From Laetmonice hystrix (lineage: Eukaryota), in the NCBI GenBank assembly GCA_965235115.1, contig OZ249440.1:33172001-33236000 (forward strand): a stretch of DNA of 64,000 nt, in the 5' to 3' direction. The notes below the pieces were generated by a model that saw only the letters and a list, made by a program, of their open reading frames with translations, was not told the origin of the DNA and ran no database searches. Positions 1 through 12,605 of this stretch are shown here, piece after piece (positions within the stretch are counted from its first letter, which is position 1; every line of letters starts with the position of its first letter). Position numbers and translations under genes: made by a program.

Positions 1-1564
1 GACCCATCGGCCGATGGGTCAGACCCATCGGTGGATCGGCCAACGGGTGGATGCGCGGCGCGCCAGGGTCGCGGCCCATCGGCCGATGGGTCTGACCCAT
101 CGATGGATGGGTGCCGATGGGTCTGACCCATCGGTAAACCAGGAGACATGAAATGACATGAAAACCTAGAGGAGACAACCCCACACCCACCTCCTGTCCA
201 GACCTCACATCCACCTCCTGTCCAGACCCCACACCCACCTCCTGTCCAGACCCCACACCCACCTCCTGTCCAGACCTCACACCCACCTCCTGTCAAGGCC
301 CCGCACCCACCTCCTGTCCAGTCCTCACACCCAGCTCCTGTCCAGACCCCACACCCAGCTCCTGTCCAGACCCCACACCCACCTCATGTACAGACCCCAC
401 ACTCACCTCCTGTACAGACCTCACATCCACCTCCTGTCCAGACCTCACACCCACCTCCTGTCCAGACCCCACACCCACCTCCTGTCCAGACCCCACACCC
501 ACCTCCTGTCCAGACCCCACACCCACCTCCTGTCCAGACCCCACACCCACCTCCTGTCCAGACCCCATACCCACCTCCTGTCCAGACCTCACACCCAGCT
601 CCTATCCAGACCTCACACCGACCTCTTGTCCAGGCCCCACACCCACCTCCTGTCCAGACCCCACACCCACCTCCTCTTCAGACCCCACACCCACCTCCTG
701 TCCAGACCTCACAACCACCTCCTGTCAAGGCCCCACACCCACCTCCTGTCCAGACCCCACACCCACCTCCTGTCCAGACCTCACACCCAGCTCCTGTCCA
801 GACCCCACACCCACCTCCTGTCCAGACCTCACACCGACCTTCTGTCCAGGCCCCACACCCACCTCCTGTCCAGACCCCACACCCACCTCCTGTCCAGGCC
901 TCACACCCAGCTCCTGTCCAGACCCCACACTCACCTCCTGCCCGGGCCTTACACCCAGCTCCTGTCCAGACCCGACACCCACCTCATGTCCAGACCTCAC
1001 ACCCAGCTCCTGTCCAGACCCCACACCCACCTCCTGTCCAGACCTCACACCCAGCTCCTGTCCAGACCCCACACCTACCTCCTGTCCAGACCTCCCACCC
1101 AGCTCCTGTCCAGACCCCACACCCACCTCCTGTCCAGACCTCACACCGACCTCCTGTCCAGGCCCCACACCCACCTCCTGTCCAGACCCCACACCCACCT
1201 CCTGTCCAGGCCTCACACCCAGCTCCTGTCCAGACCACACACCCACCTCCTGCCCAGGCCTCACACCCACCTCCTGTCCAGACCCCACACCCAGCTCCTG
1301 TCCAGATCGGTCACCATTGTTGTCATGTTTGATTACCCCCGGATTTACCCGCTGTTAACACTACTCAACTTTTTTACACACATTTCAAGTTCTGTTAAAG
1401 TCTTAAAAGTTAGGGTGCCTACGGCTAAACGTTTTTTTTCTTCATGATAACTACAGTATAGTCCGTTTTATGTATTGCATCCATGTGTTCCGTTTACCAA
1501 CCACCCATCCATCGATGGGTCTGACCCATCGGCCGATGGGTCAGATCGACCGATGGCGCGTAAC
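1..1564. mobile_element. Palindrome-rich non-autonomous element remnant enclosing a minisatellite
   Basis: The perfect 20-bp palindrome GACCCATCGGCCGATGGGTC and variants cluster at 1-135 and 1500-1560. The left end lies outside the window. Confidence 0.45.
181..1305. repeat. 24-bp minisatellite (CCACACCCACCTCCTGTCCAGACC)n, about 45 copies
   Basis: Directly visible tandem array. It explains the repetitive ORFs 293-592, 386-1447, 725-1288 and 984-1238. Confidence 0.97.
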
Positions 1565-4269
1565 ATCTAGATATGATATATATTTGAATAAAAGATCTAT
1601 AGAGAACTGCTATACCTAGGCCTATATACATTGCCGTCACATCTATAGTAGGCACTACCAGAATTTGCAACTTCATAAATGAGAAACACCTCACAAATCC
1701 TTCATATTTAGCGAATAGCAGAGTCTAGATACAGTGACCAGATATCTCCTCCCAGGCTTCCCTTTTCACTTCTTCTGCAGTCCCGACATGCTTGGATGCA
1801 GATCGGTCGTCTTCCTTTGCTTCTGATGATGGCATGGGCGTTGAATACTTTGAAAATGTGGTGGGGGGACCAGGGGCGGATCCAGGATTTTTTGCGGGGG
1901 GGGGGGGGGGTCAGAAGGTTCCCGCGCAGGGGGGGGGGGCTCCGACTGAAAATTTTTGGGAATATAAAAGGCCATAGATGCTATTTCCCGGCTTCTCTGC
2001 ATCAAACCGAAGAGTTTTGGGTATACCGACCTTTTGGTCAAAATTAATGTATTAATCAGTGGGGGATCCAGAGGGGCTCAGCCCCTTTAGATTTTCCTTT
2101 TTTGTATGAAGATGCCTTAGTACAGCTAACATGAAATCATGCCGAGCGTAGCGAGGATAATTTCTTTTTGTAGGTGGGCCCCACCCCAATATCAAACTCC
2201 TGGACACCCCACTGATTAATGCATGTTTATTAGAAATAGAGGGGGAAAATAACCGAGAGAAGGGGGGGGGGTCACGACTCCCCCCTCCGATTCCCTATCT
2301 AAAGCATGCAACATGCATGCGCAGATGGACCAGTTTTCGAGTTTCAGTATTGATAAAAGGGCGGGGGGGGGGGGGTGCCTGCCACAAGCATTTGACAATT
2401 AATTAAAATTATGTGCACTACATAGGCGGCGACAGATATTCACAGGTGGGGGGCAAAGACCAAATCATAGGTCCCAAGTTCCAAGATTCGAAATGCTGGT
2501 CATGCGAGCGGGGGTCTGGGGGCCCTTCCCCCGAAAAAAATAAAAATTAAAGTGCCAAATACGCGTTTTCCTGGCATCGGGGATCAAACTCCAAGGTCTT
2601 AGAGGTAGCTAAAAATAACATTTTTTTAATTAGCAAAAATCGCACATCTATCAGATATGGCTATAAATCTAGACCACTCGATGTGGTTAAGCAAAGAAAG
2701 TGCCTGACGCCTGACATCTCCTGCCACCTTGAGCTAGGGGGGCAAAAATATGCTTTCCCCCCTCGCCCCCTCCCCCACAAACTCACTCATTTTTAGCCCT
2801 GGTTTGGCATTTTAATTAACGAAAGAGACGGACAACGTCATGCCAACATATCGGATCCAGTTCAACGCGCTTATACTGCTTAGGGAATCAGACCTGCTGG
2901 CTGCTGAACCCACCAAGGGTTGGCTTGTGGGGGTGGGGGGTGGGGGGCGTGTCAATTAATATAATGTCCCCCGCCCTGTATAAAAAGTGGGAGGGACATG
3001 TCCCCCCCCCCCCCCCACCTTTCGACGCCCATGGAAAATGGTGGCCGCATCATCAAAACATAAACATTCGTTCCGCAAAAACAACAGATAAACCGGAGCA
3101 CATGCCAAGGCCTGTGCGTATTCAGGTGTCACGACACAAGTTAACATTTCCTTAATCAATATACGAGAATTCTCGTAAAATATTTACGATTTTATTCGTA
3201 AATTTAAGATATGCAATTTCAGATATACGAAAGCTGTTCTGAAACGCAATTTACGAATGTTCGCAAATTTTCTCGTATCTTAAAATTTACGAGGATTGTC
3301 TTATCGCAATTTAGGACAAAACTTCTGCAACGCGGGCATACTAATATCATACCTACGCAAACTTCTCGTTTCTCCCCCATAAATGATCCCAGCTCTTTGG
3401 CCCCGAGATCGGATTTATGCAATCAAACTCAGAGAACGGGAATGCTTTGCTGTTGGCTACATTTTATTCATATAGTAGTAACCCATCGATCACCCCATGC
3501 AATGGGGGACTCCACAAACATAATAATATGGTAAATGATAAATCTATATAAGGTGTAACTGATATATGTAACAATGCCACTAAGCGGAATCGAAGACTTG
3601 AAAAATCAGGTACAGATCATCTCCTGGCCTATAACGAACGGCTAACGGAACCCATCATCATCCAGTCCGAATAGGGGCATCTGGTGTACCCACATCAGTA
3701 AACCTCCAAAATCCACCAAAGACACATACTCAGCCTTCCATCAGCTTATACCAAATATAGCATACGTCCCATGCACCAAAGCCATATGCTCAGCCTGTTG
3801 TCCACCTAAAATGGAAAATAACAAAAGACCGAGGAAAGATCTGGCAGAGTGAATAACAGTTACTGCCCTATGACAAATACAATCAACGCAATGTCAATAA
3901 ATTGCATAAATTCCGCTTATACATTATGACAACTCACCCAATAATCACCCAATAATACGATAATACTTATTACCTTTATAGTTAAGATTTAAATTATATA
4001 GTTAGACGAAATTCTTGTTTAGACAGACATGGCATGAACACAGAGAAACTATAGAGTGTGCCCAGGGAGGTGTTCAGAGAAGTTCATAGAGAGGGGTACA
4101 GAGTAAGGTAAAGAGTGAAACTATAATATCTCTGGTGGGGTAACCAGGATGGTCAGGTCGTTTTATGTGACGGTTGTTATAGTGTAATCGTCCTGTGACG
4201 TAAATTACTATTGTGGTGTTTAGTAAATGTTCATTTAGCTACCATTTGTTTACCATTTGTTTTCTTTGT

Positions 4270-4420
4270 CATCAGTGGAAACAACGTTGAAATCTGACGT
4301 AGAAACGACGTTGAAATCTGACGTTGAACTAACTAACATACACAACCAGTTTTCCACATTGTTTCAACGTTGATACCTGATGTTGTTTCAACGTTGTTTC
4401 AACGTCATTTGCCGGCTGGG
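4270..4420. mobile_element. One end of a non-autonomous DNA transposon, possibly CACTA/EnSpm-type
   Basis: Clustered CAACGTTG/AACGTTGAAA subterminal motifs in both orientations end in GCCGGCTGGG (CCCAG terminus on the minus strand). The other end was not found. Confidence 0.4.
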
Positions 4421-5009
4421 CCTGAATCAAAGATGCAGATTATTAAACTAAATTTATTATCTTGACTCGCCTTGTGGTATAATCTTGCCTAATGCGTGGT
4501 ATAATCTTCCCTAATGCTTGGAACTTCGAAGTCATCCTTAGGCGCTTTTTCCAGATTCCATGTTATCTCTCGCCACTCTGCAGCAGATTATGGCTGGGTC
4601 CGTCCCTGACTCAGCCAAGCTCACCCCCGTGGGTGTGGCCGCAACGCCAGCGATGTCACTTATTGTCAGTGACAATGATCCAGGCAGTTACGCACACCAG
4701 TCAATCGTTAAAACAATAAATGTTCCCCTCTGATACGTTAATTTACAGATCAGGAAGTATTACATACCATATCAGTGACATTAAACACAAAAAGAAGCAC
4801 AGTGACAGAGTGGGCGATAATAGGCCAAATGAACGCTTTACCGTAAACTATTCCATTTGCGCAACAACTGTCAAACTGAATTTTATTTTCTTATATTTTA
4901 AGGCTCGACTTTCAGTTTAACATAATTTAAAAATATAGTCAAAAGCTAATTCTTTCTTGAAATTGTGTTATGCAGGACCTTTCAGGTTCCCAAAATGCGG
5001 TGCAGGACT

Positions 5010-5345
5010 ATAGGTGAAGTACATATCAATCCTACTGTAGCCAACAACTCTAGGTGGAGTATATCAATCCTACTGTACATAGCCAACAACTCTAGGTGAA
5101 GTGCATATCATCAATCCTACTATAGCCAACAAGTCTAGGTGAAGTACATATCAATCCTACTGTACCCAACATGTCTAGGTGAAGTACATATCAATCCTAC
5201 TGAAGGACTGTAGCCAACAACTCTAGGTGTAGTGCATATCATCAATCCTCCTTTAGCCAACAACTCTAGGTGAAGTATATCAACTGATCCTACTGTAGCT
5301 AACAACTCTAGGTGAAGTATATCAACCCTGCTAGAGCAAACAACT
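5010..5345. repeat. About 40-45-bp tandem repeat (TCTAGGTGAAGTACATATCAATCCTACTGTAGCCAACAAC), about 7 copies
   Basis: Directly visible tandem copies with small indels. Confidence 0.9.
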
Positions 5346-6059
5346 CCATAGAAGTCAAACAATAATCGACATAATTAGATTGTACATTTTATGATCGGAT
5401 ATTGTCAGACAGCGGTTTTATAACGAGACGAGTCTTCAGGATCTTTTTAGCAATGTCAGACCAGGAGTGATTTTAGAGTTTTTGTCAGAGGCTGGACTCT
5501 TTTATAGCTCAGGCTCGTCCATAGCCCTGTTGGGCTGACAGGATGGAGTGTGTTTCAATGATATTCCCGTTGGGGCCCGGGATAAAATAGGTTCCTTTCA
5601 TTTTATGGTTTTTAACACTGTTTTCGCCGTGAAGATGGCCCCAGATGCCGATACGGCGGAAAACCACCACTACTCACTCACTCACTCATGATCGGATATT
5701 GAATTTATATTGAGCCTCGTCACATATATTTTGATCAGTACAGAAATTTCTGGAGCCCATAGTTAGCATGGACCAGTCATTAGAACAAAGTTTTCCCAGG
5801 ACACAACTCAGAGGAAGTCAGCATCGATCAGAACTAGATGGCCAATGAAATGTGGTTCTTGGCCCACAAGGATACATGAAACTTGCCTAGATATCGTCGT
5901 GTTCTGTCGAGACGTCCACTACCTCAGCAAACCACCACTCACCACCATATATACACACCATGAAATCATTCTGAGCCATGTCATTCACTCATGACATCTC
6001 ATGGATTTTTGTGACTGTCCCAGATACGGTGATAGTCCAAAAAACGTGAAGTCGCTGCA

Positions 6060-6965
6060 ACCGGCAGTCGCATCCTCGTCCGGTTAACGGTAGATGGGGT
6101 TCAAATGACAGCTTTGGTGGATACTGGTGTGTGTTGTTCCCTATTAAGTTTTAAGACCTTGCAGAAACTTTGTCACCGTAATGGTAGGGCACCTCTTTTA
6201 CAAAAAACAAACGTCCAACTCCAAACCTTGTCTGGTGACCCAATCAATGTAGTAGGGGAGACTGTTGTATACATCTGTGGTAAACTCATTTCTGTCTATG
6301 TCTACCGTGATTTGAGACATGACATCTTACTAGGTGATGACGCACTCGAGCAGTTAGGTGCTAACATCCAGTATGGAAAAAGTGTGATTCATCTCAACGG
6401 GGTTTAAATTAAGCAAAATTTACATAAAACGACTCAGCATCTCAACCGTGATCAAACAGTACAGGAAAGCTGTTCCTTCAGTTTTTTCTGACAAAATCGG
6501 AAATGGGGAGAAGATTGGTGTTGGAATGGCCATTGGCAAAACGGGCTATTGTCGAGAGAGAAATAGACGATATGCTAAAAAAGGTGTTATTCGCCCATCT
6601 TCCTCCCCATGGGCTTCGCCCATAACTTTGGTACCAAAAAAGGATGGGACGATTAGATTTTGTATTGATTATCGATGGTTGAACGCTGTCACTGTGGAAG
6701 ACGGTCATCCCCTTCCACACATTCAGGACATTTTTGATGCCCTTCATGGTCATCTATTTTTAGTACAATTGATTTACGGTCTGGCTACTGGCAGGTCTCC
6801 ATGCCGCCCCCCCCCCCCCCCCCCCCCCCATGATATTGAAAAAACTGCTTTTGTGACTCACCGTGGTCTCTATGAATTTACGCGTCTCCCATTTGGACTT
6901 AAGAACGCGCCCTCAGTTTTTCAAAGGGCGATGCAGTTTGTACTGAGTGATGCCCTTGGCGTCTA
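6060..6965 (+). pseudogene. Gypsy/Ty3 pol fragment (aspartic protease plus N-terminal reverse transcriptase)
   Basis: Protease motif ALVDTG; RT motifs SPWASPITLVPKKDG..RFCIDYR and KTAF..GLYEF..LPFGLKNAP. Contains a stop, frameshifts and a poly-C expansion, and is truncated before YxDD. Confidence 0.9.
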
Positions 6966-7645
6966 TGGGTCAGTTTTTCCCTAGATGTACAATTGGGCTA
7001 AAAGCTGTATCTGGACATGGAAAAAAATGAAATCGTTCAAAACCACTTAATTCTTGTTCGGTTGTATTAAGGAACATTTTAGCTTTCTGAAAATAACAAT
7101 TATACTCAGTAATTCAAGACATGTCAGTTTTTATTAAGCTTGAAATGAAGGTACACTGTTTAGCGGGACATTTGGTATGAGACTTACCTCCTACTACATA
7201 TTGCTTTATTATATCACTAATATTAATAGAAACCACATGATTTTAACAAAATAGACTCATGAGACCTATTCAAATCCACATACCAAATATGAAGAGGATG
7301 TGAAAATTATTTCTATGTCACTAATGTGAAAATTATTTCTATGTCACTGATGTTTCATAACATTTTTACAAGCAAGACTGGTTACGAAAATGGAATTGCA
7401 TATTTGCAATTGATCTCCTTTAAATTTAAATCGTCATATATGATTACTTTACCTTTTCTCAGATGTATGACAAGTTTATTACATATATCCAAGAATACAG
7501 ATTGATGTCACTCTGATATCCTAATCTGTGGTTGAAAAGATGACTCATAAATGACTCATAAATACCGAACGTCCCCCAAATATCTCGAACGTCCCTCCAT
7601 AGGCATACATTTGTGCGAAAATCAAAACAGCCATTCAGGCTTTAA

Positions 7646-8236
7646 AGAGACGCGTCACTTTTCTCAGTGGCGCCACCTCGTGGCAATTGACGAACTCTAT
7701 TTTTACACGTTGCAACGCGTTTTTTACGCCACTCATGCTGTCAACAACACGGCAATGCAGAGGCAGAGTCAAGTCTGGCCGCTTCGCATCCCAGAAACAG
7801 TTTGACAAAAGGCTTCACGATGCCAGAAAAATGTACTTGACTATGTGTTTTAACATTGGAGTCTATGGGACCGATAAGACCCTTGGTAGTGAAAATGTCG
7901 ATATCTCATGAATTATGATTTTTTTTAATCTAAAGTGTTCAAAACAAGTCATGCAACAATTCTGAGAAGTATTTTCAGAATCTCTGGGTTAGAAATGTCT
8001 GAAAAAAATCTTCTCTCTTCTAATTCGAACCAAAAATTTCACGTATCTCTCTCTACTGTAGACTGTAGTAGTGCAAGTTGAAGGCCTATCTTCAAATGCT
8101 CATAACTCAGGATCCGATATGGTGACCTGCCATTTTCTTTGCACCAAAATACTCGAAAAATGTAGAATTATTTTATGTGAAAGTAGCCTGAAAATCTCTG
8201 GGTCAGAAATTTTTGGCTTATTGGTGTCGAGTCCCT
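7646..8236. mobile_element. Kolobok-type non-autonomous element (TTAA-flanked)
   Basis: TTAA at 7642-7645 and 8237-8240. Imperfect TIRs AGAGACGCGTCAC versus AGGGACTCGACAC (10/13 matches) with purine-purine termini. Confidence 0.55.
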
Positions 8237-8240
8237 TTAA

Positions 8241-8580
8241 AGGTGCTATTCGTGAAAAAAAGTTCAATTTTTTTATTTTTTATTTTGTTGACGTTTATGT
8301 GATCCCACCTATCATGGAAATAAATTCACAACAAAGGAAATCAAAATTTTTCATGGATAACAGCACAAATGGGGCTCTCTCAGAAGGCCTGTGGAGACCC
8401 TGACACGCCCCACCATAGGAAATGGCTCTATCTCGGTGCGCACCGAGATAGGTTTCAAATGCTGCACACAAACTAATAGAACGTTTATCAGGCCAATGGT
8501 ATCGGTAGGAATTTTTTCTAGTACTATGTGTACAATGTATGATACGAGAAATGCCATTCTGTGCAAGACGAATAGCACCT
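8241..8580. mobile_element. Kolobok-type MITE, 340 bp
   Basis: Perfect 13-bp TIR AGGTGCTATTCGT...ACGAATAGCACCT, with TTAA on both sides (8237-8240, 8581-8584). Confidence 0.85.
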
Positions 8581-11500
8581 TTAAATGTATGCCAATTATA
8601 AGAGCTTTCACTTGGGCATCTACATACAAAATATTTCAGGAATAGGCCTATATTCAAGCATTGTATTTTTTTTTAAATTATAATAGTGAGGGGACGTTCG
8701 GTATCAACAACTACAAAGGATTAGCTATATTAAAGAATGTCTCACATTTTTCATATTAAATCTGTATGTTCAATCTACGAATTCCTACAGTTAATAACTC
8801 TGAAAAATGTTGATATTGCTATGGAAAGATTAGAAACCTTATGGCGGGGGACGTTTGGTATATGTACCGAACGTCCTTAGACAACCTGTTTTCATGTTTT
8901 TTCTTATATACAAACACATACATATAAACAACCTTTCATAGGCCTTTTGTATTAGATATATAATTTAATGCCAATGTAAGGGAGAGGGGCTTCTAGAGTC
9001 TGCCATAATCAGCAATACGTAATTAACATTTCGAAAGGGGACGTTCGGTACCGACTTAATGTTGGCCTAGTGCCAAAAAACCTAACATACAGCCAAATAT
9101 ACTCTATATAGCATATAATCTATATATAATCTTTCAATTGAACCAACATCTCATTCAAGAATAACAATAAAACCTTCAATATGGATGGATAATCGAAATA
9201 ATATTCAATAATACTGAACGTCCCCATCTCGCATGGCCCACCCAAATGTCCGAGATCAACATCTATGATTCAGTTTTCATTTAAATGATAAAATATGGCA
9301 TAATCATTTCTAATTTACCACATAAGGAGGTTCAGAAGTCAGATATCTAGCATCTACACCACGTTTTAGAAAGAGTTTAAATAGCTAAATGCGATAAATA
9401 AAGTAAACTGACTAAGTTGAGGAGGAACGCTTCCCTGTATATGGCGGCACTGTCAAGGCAAGCTAAGGTTATGTCCGAACGTCTCCATATTTTGCTTCTT
9501 TCCATCAAAAAGGCCTTAGTAATTTCATTTACTTTTTTATAGCTTAAGGCATACTTAACATATTTTTGTACAAATGTTTTAAGCCATTTATAATTATCGT
9601 GAGTTACAAATGCTTTGGCAATGAGAATAATCTAGGGACGTTCAGTATATTTCGAACATGGGGTTTAGACGGAACTGAGAAAAACGCACTTGAAGTTTTG
9701 CACTTTTCTCAAATGTCCTCAAAATCAATCTAACATTATTTCTTTCGTTATTTTTATGGGAATCGCTAATATACGATACGCACCGGCATACTTTGGAATC
9801 CATTTGACGCTAACAGTAATTTGCAATATAATAAAGGCTAAAAATAGCCATGCCATATTCGACGTGTCCCGAAAAAGTTCTACGTGACTTTGTCATATTC
9901 GACACATATTCGATGGTTCGCCGGAAAACTTTTATCTCGCCCGTGAATATTCGACGTGTTGCTATGGAAACCATACATGATCACTGATCATATCATTACC
10001 TTATTTGGGCATAATTTCTATATTGGACGGTTCGCCGTAAAAAAATTATCAAGTACGTACAAATAATTTCCGGGAGAACCGTCGAATATGAATATTCGAC
10101 GGTTCACCGAAAAGTAAATCGAAGACAATTCATATTCGCCAAAGAACCCGACGTTAATATCTCGCTAATTTTCGCCCGGAGGGTAATGAAATTTTTAGGG
10201 ATTACAGATTTCTTCAAAATTATTAAGAATCTACTAAAAACTCAATTTCGCCAAAACCCCCATATTCGACTCTTTGCCAGAAAGGCAGCGATATGTGACC
10301 GCGCAATTTGTAAACGGTCTCCATTTTAGTTGTTTGAAATTTGATTTATTTTTTACTTTAGGCCTATTTGATCGATAATTTCGATCGATATTTAGTAATA
10401 ATGGACAGAAACGTGGTCCACGAAGAGAATCTCCTCTGAGTAATTAGAAAATGGAACAATGAAGCAAATCATCTTGATAAATATACACTTAAAACACAGT
10501 TATCTATTCGGCAAAAGGAAAACCAGTGTTGACATCCTCAACATCTTTATGTGCGATGATAAAATACCTAATTTCGATAGAAGAAGGCACAGGAACATGT
10601 GTTGCGACATTAAATCGGCCAATTCTGGAATCTTCGTGTGGATATATGCCATCATATTTGCCTCCTCCTCCTCCTCATCGATGTCGTCAAGCAGACGAAC
10701 TGCTCTGCGCTCGGCCAGTGCAAGTTCCCTTGTATATGGCCCTCGCGCAAGCGCGACAAGTGCCGACCAATCCTTGGTCGGCATATTTGGCAGAGGACTG
10801 TTGGGCGGGAACAGAAAGTAATAGATGAAACACTTGATGGACCCCTCCTTCAATTGACCGGGTGAACTGACACTGAGAGGCAGCTGCGAGAATTAGCTAC
10901 GACACATTCGCCACATTGAGAAAAAATATAAGCGACTGTGTGATATTTGCTGCAAATTCGCCACCTTGATTCGTAAATGCAAGTTCAAGTTTTAACCCCT
11001 CTCCCGTGTCGCTTAACCAATATGTCGTCACGCAGCCTGCCCCTAGCGGTGCGAACTGGACTGCGAGAGTTTTGCCTAGGAAAGTTGCAGTGCGCAGTGC
11101 TTTTTATGCAAATTTTTATGTTAATGAAGACTACAAACGATTTTAAAACATATCCTACATTGTGGTATGTAGCACAAAAATTTTGCAAAATTCTTTATTT
11201 ACGACGGCCGACCCATTCCACACACTACCGTGTAAATGGCAGATTAAAGTTTTAATTTTGATCTGAGACGTCGGATGGAACTGAACTGAAATATTGCGTA
11301 ACTGGTACTATGTCGCTCATGATTTAAAGTGTTTTGGGTAATACAGAGTATTTTTATGGTAATACATATCACCCTCAAGAATGGATGACTCTTCCCAGCT
11401 ATGGAGCTACATTTTTACAGACACCGGAAACAGAAAAAGGAACTGAGAGGCCTAAATCACTCACCGGCCACCTTCTGCTTGATAGAAGCCTTCTTTGGTA

Positions 11501-12165
11501 CATCTTGTTTGTCAACGGCATCTAAATGGAAGAGAATGGCTGTAAGCAGCAGTGAAGATACAGCTGGTCACCTGTTTTCAAATGTGTATAGGCTAGGCCT
11601 TGGTTGATAGAGCGGAAATTTAAAAATTAATGCAAACCATTAAGTTACAGCGTTTTATATTTGCGAGAAATGGGCATAAAATGACATATATTTACATGCA
11701 TGCATGTGTAGCACTCATTGTTTCAGTTAACCATTCCAAGGATAGCTATCATGATCGAAAGCCACGTACCCGCAATTCTTTCCAGTAACCCCTCGATTCG
11801 TACCAGAGTGCGTTTTATTCCACTAAGCTCACCGACCATTGCATCATGTATGGCCTCAGTTGTAACTGCATCTTGGGCAGATAAACACGCGAGAAACATA
11901 AAAATACCATGTGTGGTGAATGCCCGGCGGGCACTTGCTGTCTGGGTGCCCCCACTCCAAGTTGCAGTGCCCGGGCATAGGGGAAATGGTTAGTTTCGAG
12001 CCCTGACTACTCAGTACAGTAGTCAGTAGGCTACTGCTGGACTGGACGGTTGTCAAGACTCAGGTGAATTCATGCCTGTCAGACACCGTTTTGACCCAGC
12101 TGAATCCTGGCTTGGATCATGATCACCAAGACAAAGTGGGGAAGGGCTAACCATCGGGCAAAATC

Positions 12166-12285
12166 TGTTATGTATGGACCGTTGGAACGGGTAAGACAAT
12201 ACATGTAACGGAATAAAACTAGGGGCTTCCGGTTATGCCGGCCTGAACGGAGTACACGTGTTTGTGATAATGAAGGGACATAACA
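12166..12285 (+). repeat. Putative 5' LTR of the Gypsy element (120 bp)
   Basis: 8-bp inverted termini TGTTATGT...ACATAACA and internal AATAAA, immediately followed by the PBS TGGTGTCAGAAG (12286-12297). Confidence 0.7.
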
Positions 12286-12605
12286 TGGTGTCAGAAGTAT
12301 TGAGACCTACGTGGCGTGTCAAGGGAGACGGAATTCTCTAGAGATAGTCTACAAGTTACAACAGCCCGATCGGCGGAGAGGAATTCAGCGAGTGTGGCTG
12401 AATGTGACCTACTTAGGCGGAACGGTGCACCCACTCGATGCGTGCCACCAGCAGCAGCAGTGACTAAGCGGTTGTCCGGATGACAATGTGCTGACCGTGT
12501 GTGAACTGGACTGTGTGTTAACAGGGTGAGTCTACAGTATAACGAGTCTACAGTAAAACGAGTCTACAGTATAACGAGTCTACAGTATAGAGCCCTACTG
12601 ATACG

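Noticed and set aside
293..1447. Long repetitive ORFs (RPHTHLLS / GSGQEVGV repeats)
   Set aside because: Products of a 24-bp minisatellite that lacks stops; no independent evidence of a gene.
1766..3160. Short Gly/Pro-rich ORFs here and at 18.5-20.2 kb and 51.7-52.5 kb
   Set aside because: They arise from poly-G/poly-C tracts of small nested hAT-like MITEs; most boundaries could not be fixed, so they are not listed.
5540..5690. Possible SINE 3' end with a (CACT)n tail
   Set aside because: No tRNA-like head or A/B boxes could be identified.
10459..10865. Overlapping ORFs, including a 117-aa minus-strand ORF with an acidic run
   Set aside because: No recognisable domain. It may be a transposon gene fragment, but I cannot support a call.
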